A program made the position numbers and the translations under genes. The notes under the pieces were generated by a model. It was given only the letters and a program-made list of their open reading frames with translations. It made no database searches and had not been told where the DNA came from. From Hufsiella ginkgonis (GTDB taxonomy: Bacteria > Bacteroidota > Bacteroidia > Sphingobacteriales > Sphingobacteriaceae), in the NCBI RefSeq assembly GCF_009834915.1, contig NZ_WVHS01000003.1, forward strand, positions 589,988 through 653,987: DNA of 64,000 bases. The letters are read 5' to 3'. This document shows, piece by piece, positions 10,778-20,954 of this stretch (positions within the stretch are counted from its first letter, which is position 1; every line of letters begins with the position of its first letter).

Positions 10778-13036
10778 TTAACTAAATTTATTTTTTAACG
10801 CGGCCAGTTTGGACAGCATGTCATCGCCGCCGCTTTCTTTTGCCGGCTGTGGTTTCCCCTGCGTGCGCGGAAAAGGCTGCTGCTTCTTTTCCGCCGGTTT
10901 GCGCGGCTCCCGGGCTTGTTTCATCGACAGCGAGATCCGTTTCCGGTTTACATCGACCTCGGTTACCGTAACCTCTACATGCTGGGCCACTTTAACCACT
11001 TCGTTCGGATCTTTAATGTACCTGTCGGCAAGCTGGCTCAAATGTACCAGGCCGTCCTGGTGTACGCCGATATCCACAAACGCGCCAAATGCTGTAATGT
11101 TTGTGATTATTCCAGGCAGTTTCATGCCCACTTTAAGGTCGCCGATGGCATTTACTCCTTCCGTGAAGCTAAATGCTTCGAACTGCTCGCGGGGATCGAG
11201 CCCTGGTTTGGCCAGTTCTTTTACGATGTCGCTGAGTGTAGGCAGACCGATATTTTCGCTCACATAGTCTTTCAGTTTTATCTTTTTGCGCAGTTCGGCG
11301 TCTTTTAACAGGTCGGCGATGCCGCAGCCGAGGTCAGCGGCCATTTTTTCTACCAGCGGATATCGCTCAGGGTGCACGGCGCTGGCGTCTAACGGGTGTA
11401 CGGCATTCCTGATCCGGAGAAATCCTGCGGCCTGTTCGAAAGCTTTATCGCCTAACCGGGCCACTTTTCGCAATTCGTCGCGACGTTTAAACGCACCGTT
11501 CTTGTTGCGGTATTCTACGATGTTTTGCGCCAGTTGCGGCCCCAGACCGGAAATATAGGAGAGAATCTGTTTCGACGCGGTGTTCAGCTCAACGCCCACC
11601 GCGTTTACGCAGCTAACCACGGTATCGTCCAGGGAGGCTTGTAAACGGGCCTGGTCCACATCATGCTGGTATTGCCCTACACCGATGGATTTTGGATCGA
11701 TCTTTACCAGTTCCGCCAACGGGTCCATCAATCGCCTGCCGATGGAAACCGCGCCGCGTACCGTTACATCCTGTGCAGGAAACTCCTGGCGTGCTACCTC
11801 CGATGCCGAATAAACAGACGCCCCGCTTTCGTTCACCATGATCACCGGGATCTGCGACAGTCCCAGGTTCCTGATAAACGTTTCGGTTTCCCTTCCCGCC
11901 GTGCCATTGCCAATAGCGATCGCTTCGGTAGCATGTTTCTCCGATAAATGACGCAGGGTTTTCTCCGCCTCCCTGGCGCCGCCCGCTCCCGTATGCGGGA
12001 AAATGGCGGTGTATTCGAGCAGTTGTCCCTGCTCATCCAGGCAAACCACTTTACAGCCCGTGCGGAAGCCCGGATCGATCGCCATTACTTTCTTTTGGCC
12101 CATCGGCGCCGCCAGCAATAACTGGCGGGCATTTTCCGCAAATACACGGATGGCTTCCTCGTCTGCTTTCTGCCGGGTAAGCAGCCTCACCTCCGTTTCC
12201 ATGGAAGGTTTAAGCAGCCGTTTATAGCTGTCGGCAACCGCCAGCCTTACCTGGTCGGAGGCGGTATGGTAACCGTTTACAAACTGGTGGTCGAGCAGGG
12301 CGATGGCTTCATCCTCCGGCGGCTGCACGTCAAGCCACAGGATCTCTTCCTTTTCGCCGCGCCGCATGGCCAGCACCCGGTGTGATGGAGCACTTTTAAC
12401 CGGCTCCGTCCAATCGAAATAATCCTTATACTTCTGGCCGGCTTCTTCTTTCCCATCGGCCACTTTCGACCGGAAGGTGCCTTTTTCTATGAATAGCTTC
12501 CTTACTGCGGCCCGGGCTTCCGCATGTTCCGCAATGTGTTCTGCCACGATATCGCGTGCGCCTGCCAGCGCCTCTTCGGCTGTTGCCACTCCCTTTTCGG
12601 TATCTACGAAGGTCGCCGCGGCCACCCGGATGTCTGCACTGGTTTGTGCAAGTAACAGGTCGGCCAGCGGCTGCAGTCCTTTTTCGCGGGCGGCACTAGC
12701 CCTCGTCTTTCTTTTCGGACGATAAGGAAGGTAAATATCTTCCAGCAGCGTCATTGTATCGGCATGGTCGAGTTGGGTTTTGAGCCCGTCCGTTAGTTTT
12801 CCAAGATCGGTTAACGAACGGATGATCGCTTCCCGGCGCTTATCCAGCTCTTTAAGCTGCTGCGACCTGTCGCGGATAGCCGCCACCTGCACTTCATCCA
12901 GGCTACCTGTCAGCTCTTTCCGGTAACGGGCAATGAACGGGATGGTGCCGCCTTCTTCCAGTAACGCCAATACGGCTGTTACTTGTTTCCCCGCAATGGA
13001 AAGCTCTTCCGCAATTTTTTTTGTATGATCGATCAT
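10778..13036 (-). CDS. tex: Transcription accessory protein Tex (S1 RNA-binding domain protein)
   Basis: MIDHTKKIAEELSIAGKQVTAVLALLEEGGTIPFIARYRKE is the canonical Tex N-terminus; YqgF and HhH regions; C-terminal S1 domain (GMKLPGIITNITAFGAFVDIGVHQDGLVHLSQL). Confidence 0.95.
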   Translation of the reverse strand: MIDHTKKIAEELSIAGKQVTAVLALLEEGGTIPFIARYRKELTGSLDEVQVAAIRDRSQQLKELDKRREAIIRSLTDLGKLTDGLKTQLDHADTMTLLEDIYLPYRPKRKTRASAAREKGLQPLADLLLAQTSADIRVAAATFVDTEKGVATAEEALAGARDIVAEHIAEHAEARAAVRKLFIEKGTFRSKVADGKEEAGQKYKDYFDWTEPVKSAPSHRVLAMRRGEKEEILWLDVQPPEDEAIALLDHQFVNGYHTASDQVRLAVADSYKRLLKPSMETEVRLLTRQKADEEAIRVFAENARQLLLAAPMGQKKVMAIDPGFRTGCKVVCLDEQGQLLEYTAIFPHTGAGGAREAEKTLRHLSEKHATEAIAIGNGTAGRETETFIRNLGLSQIPVIMVNESGASVYSASEVARQEFPAQDVTVRGAVSIGRRLMDPLAELVKIDPKSIGVGQYQHDVDQARLQASLDDTVVSCVNAVGVELNTASKQILSYISGLGPQLAQNIVEYRNKNGAFKRRDELRKVARLGDKAFEQAAGFLRIRNAVHPLDASAVHPERYPLVEKMAADLGCGIADLLKDAELRKKIKLKDYVSENIGLPTLSDIVKELAKPGLDPREQFEAFSFTEGVNAIGDLKVGMKLPGIITNITAFGAFVDIGVHQDGLVHLSQLADRYIKDPNEVVKVAQHVEVTVTEVDVNRKRISLSMKQAREPRKPAEKKQQPFPRTQGKPQPAKESGGDDMLSKLAALKNKFS

Positions 13037-13168
13037 GTCCTCAGTTTCAAGGCTGCGAAATTCTCCTTTAGTTGGGAGAAATCAAAGCGTTTGCCGATGA
13101 ATAATCAGCCAACGGACAATGCTTCGTTATTTTTATTTTTTTACGATATTAGTTACAAATCCATTGTC

Positions 13169-13540
13169 ATGAAAAAGTTCTTAAAAATCACTTTCGCCGC
13201 TTTTGCATTCTTTGTCGTGTTCATGATCACCTGTATGGGGTTCCGCCCGGTCGACACCACGGGGGAAAACGCGGTAACTGTGAACGCCAGGATCTTATCG
13301 GTGTATGAGGCCGGGACGAAAGACGCAGTTTTCGAAGTAGCCGGCAACCCCCGCGTAATGTATATTAACCGGGGATTGGAGCATGGGCTGCGGTTAAACG
13401 AGCTCCGTTCGACGCTGGTGGGAAAAACCGTTGAGATCTCTTATGCCAGGCACTGGACGCTGTTCCCTTCCTCGTTAAACAGCAAGCATATCGTGGCGCT
13501 AAAAATGGGTGAAAAAGTTATTTATTCGGAGCTGGATTAA
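13169..13540 (+). CDS. Hypothetical small exported/membrane-anchored protein
   Basis: Start chosen at MKKFLKITFAAFAFFVVFMITC (signal/TM). The listed ORF 12983.. overlaps tex and is probably over-extended. Confidence 0.5.
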   Translation: MKKFLKITFAAFAFFVVFMITCMGFRPVDTTGENAVTVNARILSVYEAGTKDAVFEVAGNPRVMYINRGLEHGLRLNELRSTLVGKTVEISYARHWTLFPSSLNSKHIVALKMGEKVIYSELD

Positions 13541-13612
13541 TTAAGGGGTTGCCTCCGGTGTATTGTTTGTACATCAACGGAATGTTAATTATCTTGACCG
13601 CAAAAAGCGTAA

Positions 13613-14527
13613 ATGAGATCCGTTAACATTAAGGTTATATTACTTCTATTTTCAACCGCTCTTTTATTTTGTTGCAAAGGCGGTAAGTCAAAAAATCCCA
13701 GGAAAATTACCGCAGATGATAAGTACCTGTACCAGGATATCGCCAGGGACACCTTATTCCCTGCCACGATCGAAGAGATCACCTATACTTCCGGCGGTGC
13801 CAGGATCTACGGGTTCGGTTACCTTGCCAATGGCGAAGGGCCGCATGCCACCATCATCCTGGTACACGCCAACCCCGGGAATGAACGAAACCTGGACCTT
13901 GCACAAAACCTTCGCCGCGCCGGCGTTAACGTATTTTATTTCGACTATCGCGGAAGCTGGGGCAGCGAAGGCACTTATACTTACGCTAATTGTATCGAAG
14001 ACACCCGCTCGGTGGTCGGTTTTGTAACGAACCCCGATAATGCGTTGCGCCTAAGGGTCGATATAGGCAACATCTTCCTGGTGGGCCATAACCTCGGGGC
14101 AGGGATCGGGATGATCGAAGGGCTGAACGACCCGCGGGTGCGGGGTGTAGCCGCCGTTTCTCTTGTAAACCCGTATACCACTTTCAGGGGGGAGAATGCC
14201 GAGCTGAACTTCTCTGATATGAACGAGTATTTCGAAACACTTGGCATGTTGAAGATGGACTCCAAAACGTTCCTGCTGGATATCGTTGCAAAATTGCCCG
14301 AATATAATATCGAAAAGATGGTTTCCGACGCTACAAAACCGGTACTGGTGATCGATGAACAGCACAACAACGAATTCCTGAAAAAGTACACCTCAAAGAA
14401 AAATGTGGAGTACGAATTTTGGGATACCGACCTCGAGTTCAGCGACAAGCGCATTGCCCTTACCCGGAGGTTAAAAGAGTGGCTGGATAAGAATAAAGGT
14501 ATGGGTAAACGGGTAAAGAAACCCTGA
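13613..14527 (+). CDS. Alpha/beta-hydrolase-fold lipoprotein with degenerate nucleophile elbow (GHNLG) - candidate pseudoenzyme
   Basis: Lipoprotein-like N-terminus (LLFCCKGG); IILVHANPG oxyanion region; nucleophile elbow reads LVGHNLGAGIG (Asn where Ser is expected); no obvious catalytic His downstream. Confidence 0.75.
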   Translation: MRSVNIKVILLLFSTALLFCCKGGKSKNPRKITADDKYLYQDIARDTLFPATIEEITYTSGGARIYGFGYLANGEGPHATIILVHANPGNERNLDLAQNLRRAGVNVFYFDYRGSWGSEGTYTYANCIEDTRSVVGFVTNPDNALRLRVDIGNIFLVGHNLGAGIGMIEGLNDPRVRGVAAVSLVNPYTTFRGENAELNFSDMNEYFETLGMLKMDSKTFLLDIVAKLPEYNIEKMVSDATKPVLVIDEQHNNEFLKKYTSKKNVEYEFWDTDLEFSDKRIALTRRLKEWLDKNKGMGKRVKKP

Positions 14528-15400
14528 TCAGGTGCTGTGGATCATCCAGATGGCGATAACAGCCAAGACCAGGCCTGTTTTGTTTAGCAGGCTGAGCTTT
14601 TCGCGGAAGATCAGCAGCCCCACCAATGATCCGGCAACGATCACCCCGATATTCATTCCCGTAAAAATGAGGGACGGACGTGCAGCCTCCGCCTGGTGCG
14701 CTTTTACGTAAAAGAGGATGTTCCCGAAATTAAAGAGGCCCAGGATCCCCCCGCAAACCATGTTGATCCATTCGAATCTGGCTCTTTTGGTAAGCACGAG
14801 CCAGGCGAACCAGCAACTTCCCACCAGGAACGACAATACATATACCAGGAAAAGAGAAGTGAAATAAGGAACGCTCTTGAGAGCGGCTATTTCTTTAAAC
14901 AGGATATCGATAGCGCCCATCCCGGCGAAAACAAGCACGAGGCAGATCCACGACGTATACACCGCTTTACCGCTCCCGGAGACGGCCTGGTCGGGTTGAC
15001 GACGAAACGGGATAGACAATACCACTGCTGCCAGGCCCAGGACGATCCCGGCCATTTTGCCGCCCGGCAGCGATTCGCCGAACAGGCTGAACGAGGCAGC
15101 CAGCGGCACCAGCACAGACAGACGTTGTGCAACGTCGGTCCGCACGATCCCGTTACGCAGGACGGACAACCCGATAATGATAAAAAGTGCAGGGAGCAGG
15201 ATGCCGAGCGAGCCATAGATCAGCCACGGCGCCTGTTGCAGGCCCGTAAATACCGGGCGGTAAATAATCAAGGTGAGCAATGCCGCCACCGGGTAGTTCC
15301 ATGCAATGGCCTGGTTAATATCGATGCGGTACCTGCCAGAAAGTTTCAGCATTACGGACACTATTACACTGCAGCAAATACTTAAAAGTAAATAGATCAT
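14528..15400 (-). CDS. DMT-superfamily (EamA-like) permease, last gene of the ADI-CtlX-RibD operon
   Basis: About ten TM helices; start overlaps the ribD stop by 4 bp. Confidence 0.7.
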   Translation of the reverse strand: MIYLLLSICCSVIVSVMLKLSGRYRIDINQAIAWNYPVAALLTLIIYRPVFTGLQQAPWLIYGSLGILLPALFIIIGLSVLRNGIVRTDVAQRLSVLVPLAASFSLFGESLPGGKMAGIVLGLAAVVLSIPFRRQPDQAVSGSGKAVYTSWICLVLVFAGMGAIDILFKEIAALKSVPYFTSLFLVYVLSFLVGSCWFAWLVLTKRARFEWINMVCGGILGLFNFGNILFYVKAHQAEAARPSLIFTGMNIGVIVAGSLVGLLIFREKLSLLNKTGLVLAVIAIWMIHST

Positions 15401-16458
15401 AAATTGGTTCTATTGCGTATGACCTGTAAATGATCAGGACCATAATCAGCTGAATAAATGCTTGTTCCGCGTACCGATGGCGCCCTGGTCCCTTCGCCCC
15501 ACGATTGCGGGCCGGTAAAGATCCGCGCTTCGTCCCATAAACCGGCGTTGATGAACAATTCCAGTGTTTTTACGCCGCCTTCCACGATCACAGATTGTAC
15601 ATCGAGTAAATATAGCTGGAAAGCCGTCAGTTGCGGCAGGTAGTGGTCAAAATCTTCGAGCTGCAGCCAGCTGATCTTTCCTTGTTTATCGGTTTTTAAC
15701 CCGTTAAGCACGATGGTGTCCTGCGACTGGTCGAACAATCGGAGCGTTTCCGGCAGATCCAGCCTCCGGTCTATGACGATCCGGGTGGGGTTGCGGCCCT
15801 GCCAATGGCGTACATTTAGCTGCGGGTCGTCGGCCAAAGCGGTATTTTTTCCTACCAGTATGGCATCTTCCTCGCTTCGCCAGCGATGTGTCAATCTTTT
15901 CGCGGCGGCAGAGGTGATCCACCGCTGCGAACCGTCCGCAGGTGCGAAAAAACTATCGGCCGTTTGCGCCCACTTAAGGATAATGTACGGCCGCTGTTTG
16001 CGTACGCGGGTAAAAAAACGTTTGTTGAGGTCTTCGCATGCCTCCTGCAGTACGCCTACGGTGACCTTTACGCCCGCTGCGGTTAACTTTTCGATGCCTT
16101 TGCCATCTACCTGGTCGAACGGATCGCGGCACCCGACCACTACGCGCGGGATGCCATGGCGGATGAGGAGGTCGGCGCAGGGCGGCGTTTTGCCGAAATG
16201 GGCACAAGGCTCGAGACTTACGTAGATGGTGGCATTGCTCAGCAGGTCCGCGGCATTGGGATAACGTTCGAGCACGGTATTTACCGCGTTTACTTCGGCG
16301 TGCGGGCCACCATATCGCTGGTGATAGCCTTCCCCGATCACCCGGTCATTATGTACGATCACCGACCCCACCATCGGGTTTGGGCTCACTTTACCGGCGC
16401 CAAGCCTCGCCAGCCCGATACAGCGGCGCATGTAAATTTCGTGGTGAGGCATATCCAA
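15397..16458 (-). CDS. ribD: Bifunctional riboflavin biosynthesis protein RibD (pyrimidine deaminase / reductase)
   Basis: CMP/dCMP deaminase zinc motif HAEVNAV...SLEPCAHFGKTPPC followed by the RibD C-terminal reductase domain. Confidence 0.9.
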   Translation of the reverse strand: MDMPHHEIYMRRCIGLARLGAGKVSPNPMVGSVIVHNDRVIGEGYHQRYGGPHAEVNAVNTVLERYPNAADLLSNATIYVSLEPCAHFGKTPPCADLLIRHGIPRVVVGCRDPFDQVDGKGIEKLTAAGVKVTVGVLQEACEDLNKRFFTRVRKQRPYIILKWAQTADSFFAPADGSQRWITSAAAKRLTHRWRSEEDAILVGKNTALADDPQLNVRHWQGRNPTRIVIDRRLDLPETLRLFDQSQDTIVLNGLKTDKQGKISWLQLEDFDHYLPQLTAFQLYLLDVQSVIVEGGVKTLELFINAGLWDEARIFTGPQSWGEGTRAPSVRGTSIYSADYGPDHLQVIRNRTNL

Positions 16459-16479
16459 ATATAGCTACTTTACTGCCCG

Positions 16480-17394
16480 TCAGAAAATTTCGGCGATCAT
16501 ACAACGTGCGCTGCCGCCGCCGTTTCGCTCGATGGTTGACAGGCTGCACCAACATAGCCTGGCATATTTTTCCAGCACGGCTACCTGTGCAGTTGTAAGC
16601 GACCGGTAAGCGCTTTCTGACATAAACAGGATGTGTTCGCCATTCATGTTCTTCAGCTCCAGCATGTTGCCGGCAAACCGGTTCACCTGGTCGTACGAGA
16701 TCGCTACCAGTTCTTTGCCCGTACGCCCGAGCGAATTACTTACCATTTCGCGTTCCGTAACGTCGGCGATGCTCTCCAGGCAGACCACGGCAAATTGTTC
16801 GCCGATACACATCATCACATTGGTATGGTAAATAGGCGTTCCTGTATCGCCCATGGCGCGGAAAACAATGGGCGTATACCCAGCGATTTCACAAAAGGCG
16901 GTGAGTACGTCGCGGTGGGTACGCGGCGAAAGGCAGGCGTAAGCCAGTTTATTTACCCGGTCGAGCACCATGCTGCCGGTACCTTCCAGGAATTTTGATT
17001 GTTGTTCAAAATAACTCAGGTCCTCGATCCTGGAAACCGCGGCTATGTGCGACAGGGTACCGATCACTTCTTTTCTCCGCTCACCGCGCCTGTTTTCGGC
17101 TTCCATCGGGTACAGGAAAACCAGGCCGTTGTGAAACGAGATCCAGTTGTTAGGGAAGATCGAGTCGGGCGTGTTGCTCGCTTCCAGGTCGTTTATCACA
17201 GTGATTTCCAGCTGGTTGCTTCGCAGGATTTCTACCATTCGGTCAAATTCGGAAAGAGCCCGCTGCTGCACGTTTCCGGGATCGTCGCCAGCGGATTGGA
17301 AGGCGTTACTGGTCGCAGTTAACGGGTTATACCTGAAATCCGCAGGACGGACCATAAAGATCCGCGAGGTACATTGACCGGTCATGGTATTCAT
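16480..17394 (-). CDS. Amidinotransferase-superfamily hydrolase (CtlX / DDAH-like; candidate citrulline-to-ornithine hydrolase)
   Basis: About 300 aa; RIFMVRPADFRYNP... N-terminus; C-terminal catalytic Cys in GGGSARCMIAEIF, typical of the guanidino-group-modifying enzyme fold. Confidence 0.75.
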   Translation of the reverse strand: MNTMTGQCTSRIFMVRPADFRYNPLTATSNAFQSAGDDPGNVQQRALSEFDRMVEILRSNQLEITVINDLEASNTPDSIFPNNWISFHNGLVFLYPMEAENRRGERRKEVIGTLSHIAAVSRIEDLSYFEQQSKFLEGTGSMVLDRVNKLAYACLSPRTHRDVLTAFCEIAGYTPIVFRAMGDTGTPIYHTNVMMCIGEQFAVVCLESIADVTEREMVSNSLGRTGKELVAISYDQVNRFAGNMLELKNMNGEHILFMSESAYRSLTTAQVAVLEKYARLCWCSLSTIERNGGGSARCMIAEIF

Positions 17395-18827
17395 AATTCG
17401 CTACGGTTAAGCGGCATGCTCATGCAGTGAAACCCGCCGCGGGCCCGTGAAAGCTCGGCAGAAGGTACCGTGATCAACGTATTGGTGAGCGATTGCGGGT
17501 CGGTGCCGCCATTTTCAAACTGCTGAACCAGGTCGGCGGCTTTTATTACGCTGAACCCTTTTTCCCTGAACGCTTCGGCGGTTTTGTCGTTCCGGTCGTA
17601 ACCGATCACCACTCCCTCCTTTAGTGCGAGCAGGTTGCAGGAGTCTGTCCATTGCTCACGTGCGTCGAAGGGAAAGCTGTTGTTGCCGGAATAAATAAAG
17701 GTGGTTGGTATGGTGCTGCCGAGGTCATTGCTGCTGATATCGTCGAGCAGGTCCTCGATACAGGCGAATTCCCTGGGCTGTCCTACACGGCCTTTCTCGA
17801 ACTGCATGATCTGTGTTTTGTCTTTGGATTTTTTATCCGTGAACCGGTCTGCCGGTTCCGGTTCGGGTTTTACCTGCCGGGATGCCACAGAGCCCAGCAC
17901 CACCCATGTGTCGCGTTTTACCTGGGTAAACAAGGTGTCGATGTGCATAAAATCGCGTTTATGCGGGATCCTGATCAGGGTAGCCTTGGTGATCACGCCT
18001 TTTTCAAAGAGCAGTTTCACCGCTTCGCTGGCGCCGCTTACCGAGGTCCGTTCGCTGCAGCCGATGAGGATATGGGAGGGGCTTACCACCATTACGTCGC
18101 CGCCTTCCAGCGTAGTTTTTTCGTCGGTATCGTCGCCCGGGCGCAGGAAATTGTTGAAGCTGTTGGGGATCTCCAGCACATTTTCGCGGTAGCTGGCAAA
18201 TAGCGGGTGATTAAAAAACAGGTATTTAGCGATCAGCGTTTCCCTGAGCCGCGCTTTTTTTGCGGGCTTGTTTAGCAGGATATGATCGTTGATCACAATG
18301 CCGATGTCGCGTGTAAAGATCAGGTTAGGGATGGGCGCGAAGTGCATTTTGCCGTTCACCGAGCCGGAGATCAGCATCGATGCCAGGTCGCCGGCCGGCA
18401 TTGCGTTAAACTCGTCCTGCAGGCGGTAGCTGCAATCTTCCAGTGCACATACCGATGCCACCAGTTTCTGCCGGGTAGGAGGCTCGGCCAGGATATCTGC
18501 CAGCAACCCTTCCAGCTCAACCACTTTTCGGGAGCCATGGAACGCCGGGTTGCGCGGTTTAAAGAATGACCGGCGTTGCGAGGACTGATCGATCTCTTCC
18601 AGCTTTCCTTTGATCAGGTCCGGATCGAGGAAATACAGCAGGATCTTTAAATAGTAGTCGTACTCATGCTTCCGAAGGATGTCGAGGTGTACGATATCCT
18701 CGAACAGCCAATCCTGCGCTTTAGAGGGGACCACTTTGCCCAAACCGCTGTCTGGACTATGGATCAACAGGGCGCGCAGTGTTCCGATCTCGGAGCTTAC
18801 AGACAGTTTCAGGCCGGTTAAGTTCAT
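17391..18827 (-). CDS. Arginine deiminase family protein (long, about 478 aa, Bacteroidota-type)
   Basis: N-terminus SEIGTLRALLIHSPDSGL (compare ADI SEIGKLKKVLLHRPG); C-terminal catalytic Cys in GGFHCMSMPL. Stop overlaps the downstream gene start by 4 bp. Confidence 0.8.
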   Translation of the reverse strand: MNLTGLKLSVSSEIGTLRALLIHSPDSGLGKVVPSKAQDWLFEDIVHLDILRKHEYDYYLKILLYFLDPDLIKGKLEEIDQSSQRRSFFKPRNPAFHGSRKVVELEGLLADILAEPPTRQKLVASVCALEDCSYRLQDEFNAMPAGDLASMLISGSVNGKMHFAPIPNLIFTRDIGIVINDHILLNKPAKKARLRETLIAKYLFFNHPLFASYRENVLEIPNSFNNFLRPGDDTDEKTTLEGGDVMVVSPSHILIGCSERTSVSGASEAVKLLFEKGVITKATLIRIPHKRDFMHIDTLFTQVKRDTWVVLGSVASRQVKPEPEPADRFTDKKSKDKTQIMQFEKGRVGQPREFACIEDLLDDISSNDLGSTIPTTFIYSGNNSFPFDAREQWTDSCNLLALKEGVVIGYDRNDKTAEAFREKGFSVIKAADLVQQFENGGTDPQSLTNTLITVPSAELSRARGGFHCMSMPLNRSEL

Positions 18828-18876
18828 GCTACAGGATAGTGTGCAAGTTTACTCACTAAAATCTTACTTTTGCCGC

Positions 18877-20931
18877 ATGAATTTCATTATTGAACAAACG
18901 GTTAGTGCAATTAAGACGCTATATGGTGTCGAAATAGGAGAAAGTGAGATCAGCCTGCAGCAAACCCGCAGGGAGTTTGAGGGGCAGGTAACTATTGTGA
19001 CTTTTCCGTTCACCCGTTTTTCAAGGAAGTCGCCGGAGCAAACCGGGCAGGAGATAGGTGCTTACCTGCTTGCCAGCACGCCGGAAATATCAGGTTTTAA
19101 CACCATTAAAGGTTTCTTAAATCTTGTCATTTCTGACCGCTATTGGATAGGTTTGTTTAACGACAAGCTTTCGCGCGCAGATTATGGCCAGCTTGCACCT
19201 AACGGGAAGAAGGTAATGGTTGAATATTCGTCGCCTAATACCAACAAGCCCCTGCACCTGGGACACGTACGGAATAACCTGCTTGGATTTTCTGTCGCCG
19301 AGATCCTTAAAGCGGCCGGCTACGAGGTGATCCGTACCAACCTGGTAAACGACAGGGGGATCCACATCTGCAAATCTATGCTTGCCTGGCAGCAATTCGG
19401 CAATGGCGAAACACCTGCAAATGCGCACATAAAAGGAGATCACCTGGTTGGAAAATATTATGTGCGCTTTGAAGCAGAAATTAAGGAACAGATAGCCGAG
19501 ATAAAAAACAATCTTACCAGTACAAGTTTAATCAGTAACGAAACCAGGAACGCCGTTTTATCCAAAGAAAGCGTCATTAAAAAGAATAAAGCTATCATAA
19601 ACTACACGGTCACCTCAATCGCACCTGCCATCCGTGAACTAGGGCCGGATGCAGAAATTCGGTTGGAAACCGCACTTGACAACGCCAATTTTAAACCATT
19701 GCTGGATGTAGTAAGGAAGAAATCCCCGGATAAGAAGTTAATAGAGGCTGTTAGCCAGTGCAACGAGTCGCAGAAAGTGATCAGCGAGGCGGAAGAAATA
19801 AAAAATGAACTGGTAAGGAACGGTACGCCCCTGATGCGGGAAGCGCAGCAAATGCTGCGGAAATGGGAGGCAGGCGACGAGGAGGTGATTAACCTCTGGA
19901 AAATGATGAATGACTGGGTGTATGCTGGTTTCGAGGAAACATACAGGAACCTGGGCGTAGCATTTGAAAAATTCTATTACGAATCTGATACTTATCTTCT
20001 CGGAAAAGACCTGATCCAGGAAGGACTTGAAAAAGATGTTTTCTTTAAAAAAGACGACGGTTCGGTTTGGATCGACCTCACCGCCGAAGGACTTGACCAG
20101 AAACTCGTATTGCGTGCCGACGGTACTTCTGTGTACATTACGCAGGACCTGGGCACAGCCCAGCTGAAATACGATGATTTCGGTATGGACGAGTCTATTT
20201 ACGTGGTGGGCAATGAGCAGGATTATCATTTCAAGGTTTTATTCCTGATTCTCTCCAAACTTGGTAAAACCTGGGCAAAAGGGTTGTACCACCTGTCTTA
20301 TGGAATGGTCGATCTTCCTTCCGGCAAAATGAAATCGAGAGAAGGTACCGTAGTAGACGCCGATGACCTGATCCGCGAAATGACGGAGACCGCCACACAG
20401 TACACGGAGGAATCGGGCAGGCTTGACGGGTTTTCGCCGGAAGAAAAGCAGGAGCTTCACCAGATGATCGGTCTTGCTGCGCTGAAATATTTCTTATTGA
20501 AGGTCGAGCCACAAAAGCGCCTGCTATTCGATCCCAAAGAGTCGGTGGAGTTCCAGGGGCATACCGGTCCGTTTATCCAATACAGCCATGCGCGTATCCG
20601 TTCCCTGGTCGCTAAAGCCAATTATGATGAAAACTCCGGCTGGAACGGCTACGAAACCCTGCTGCCCGAAGAACGTGAGCTGATCCTGGCGTTAAATGGT
20701 TACCCGGCGATGCTCGAGGCTGCTGCCAAAGATCATAGCCCTGCCATGGTGGCCAATTACGTGTACGAACTAGCCAGGCTCTACAATAAATTTTACCATG
20801 ATGCTCCGCCCATTCTCAAAACCGAAGACGCTGCTTCCCGCAATTTCCGGTTGCGGCTTTCGCTGGTGGTGGGCGCGATCATTAAGCGGTGTATGGGGCT
20901 GATGGGTATCGGGGTACCGGAGAGGATGTAA
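18877..20931 (+). CDS. argS: Arginine--tRNA ligase
   Basis: Start MNFIIEQTVSAIKTLYG; class I HIGH motif (PNTNKPLHLGHVRN); KMKSR-like motif (GKMKSREGTV); C-terminal anticodon-binding domain ending ...GIGVPERM. Carries the Bacteroidota insertion domain. A TActTTTG -7-like box lies about 8 bp upstream. Confidence 0.95.
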   Translation: MNFIIEQTVSAIKTLYGVEIGESEISLQQTRREFEGQVTIVTFPFTRFSRKSPEQTGQEIGAYLLASTPEISGFNTIKGFLNLVISDRYWIGLFNDKLSRADYGQLAPNGKKVMVEYSSPNTNKPLHLGHVRNNLLGFSVAEILKAAGYEVIRTNLVNDRGIHICKSMLAWQQFGNGETPANAHIKGDHLVGKYYVRFEAEIKEQIAEIKNNLTSTSLISNETRNAVLSKESVIKKNKAIINYTVTSIAPAIRELGPDAEIRLETALDNANFKPLLDVVRKKSPDKKLIEAVSQCNESQKVISEAEEIKNELVRNGTPLMREAQQMLRKWEAGDEEVINLWKMMNDWVYAGFEETYRNLGVAFEKFYYESDTYLLGKDLIQEGLEKDVFFKKDDGSVWIDLTAEGLDQKLVLRADGTSVYITQDLGTAQLKYDDFGMDESIYVVGNEQDYHFKVLFLILSKLGKTWAKGLYHLSYGMVDLPSGKMKSREGTVVDADDLIREMTETATQYTEESGRLDGFSPEEKQELHQMIGLAALKYFLLKVEPQKRLLFDPKESVEFQGHTGPFIQYSHARIRSLVAKANYDENSGWNGYETLLPEERELILALNGYPAMLEAAAKDHSPAMVANYVYELARLYNKFYHDAPPILKTEDAASRNFRLRLSLVVGAIIKRCMGLMGIGVPERM

Positions 20932-20954
20932 TGTGCTGGATGCGGCGCCGGGCA

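Noticed and set aside
14696-15385. 229-aa plus-strand ORF antisense to the DMT permease
   Set aside because: The translation is Arg/His/Pro-rich and non-globular. The minus-strand product has regular TM periodicity and a 4-bp coupling to ribD.
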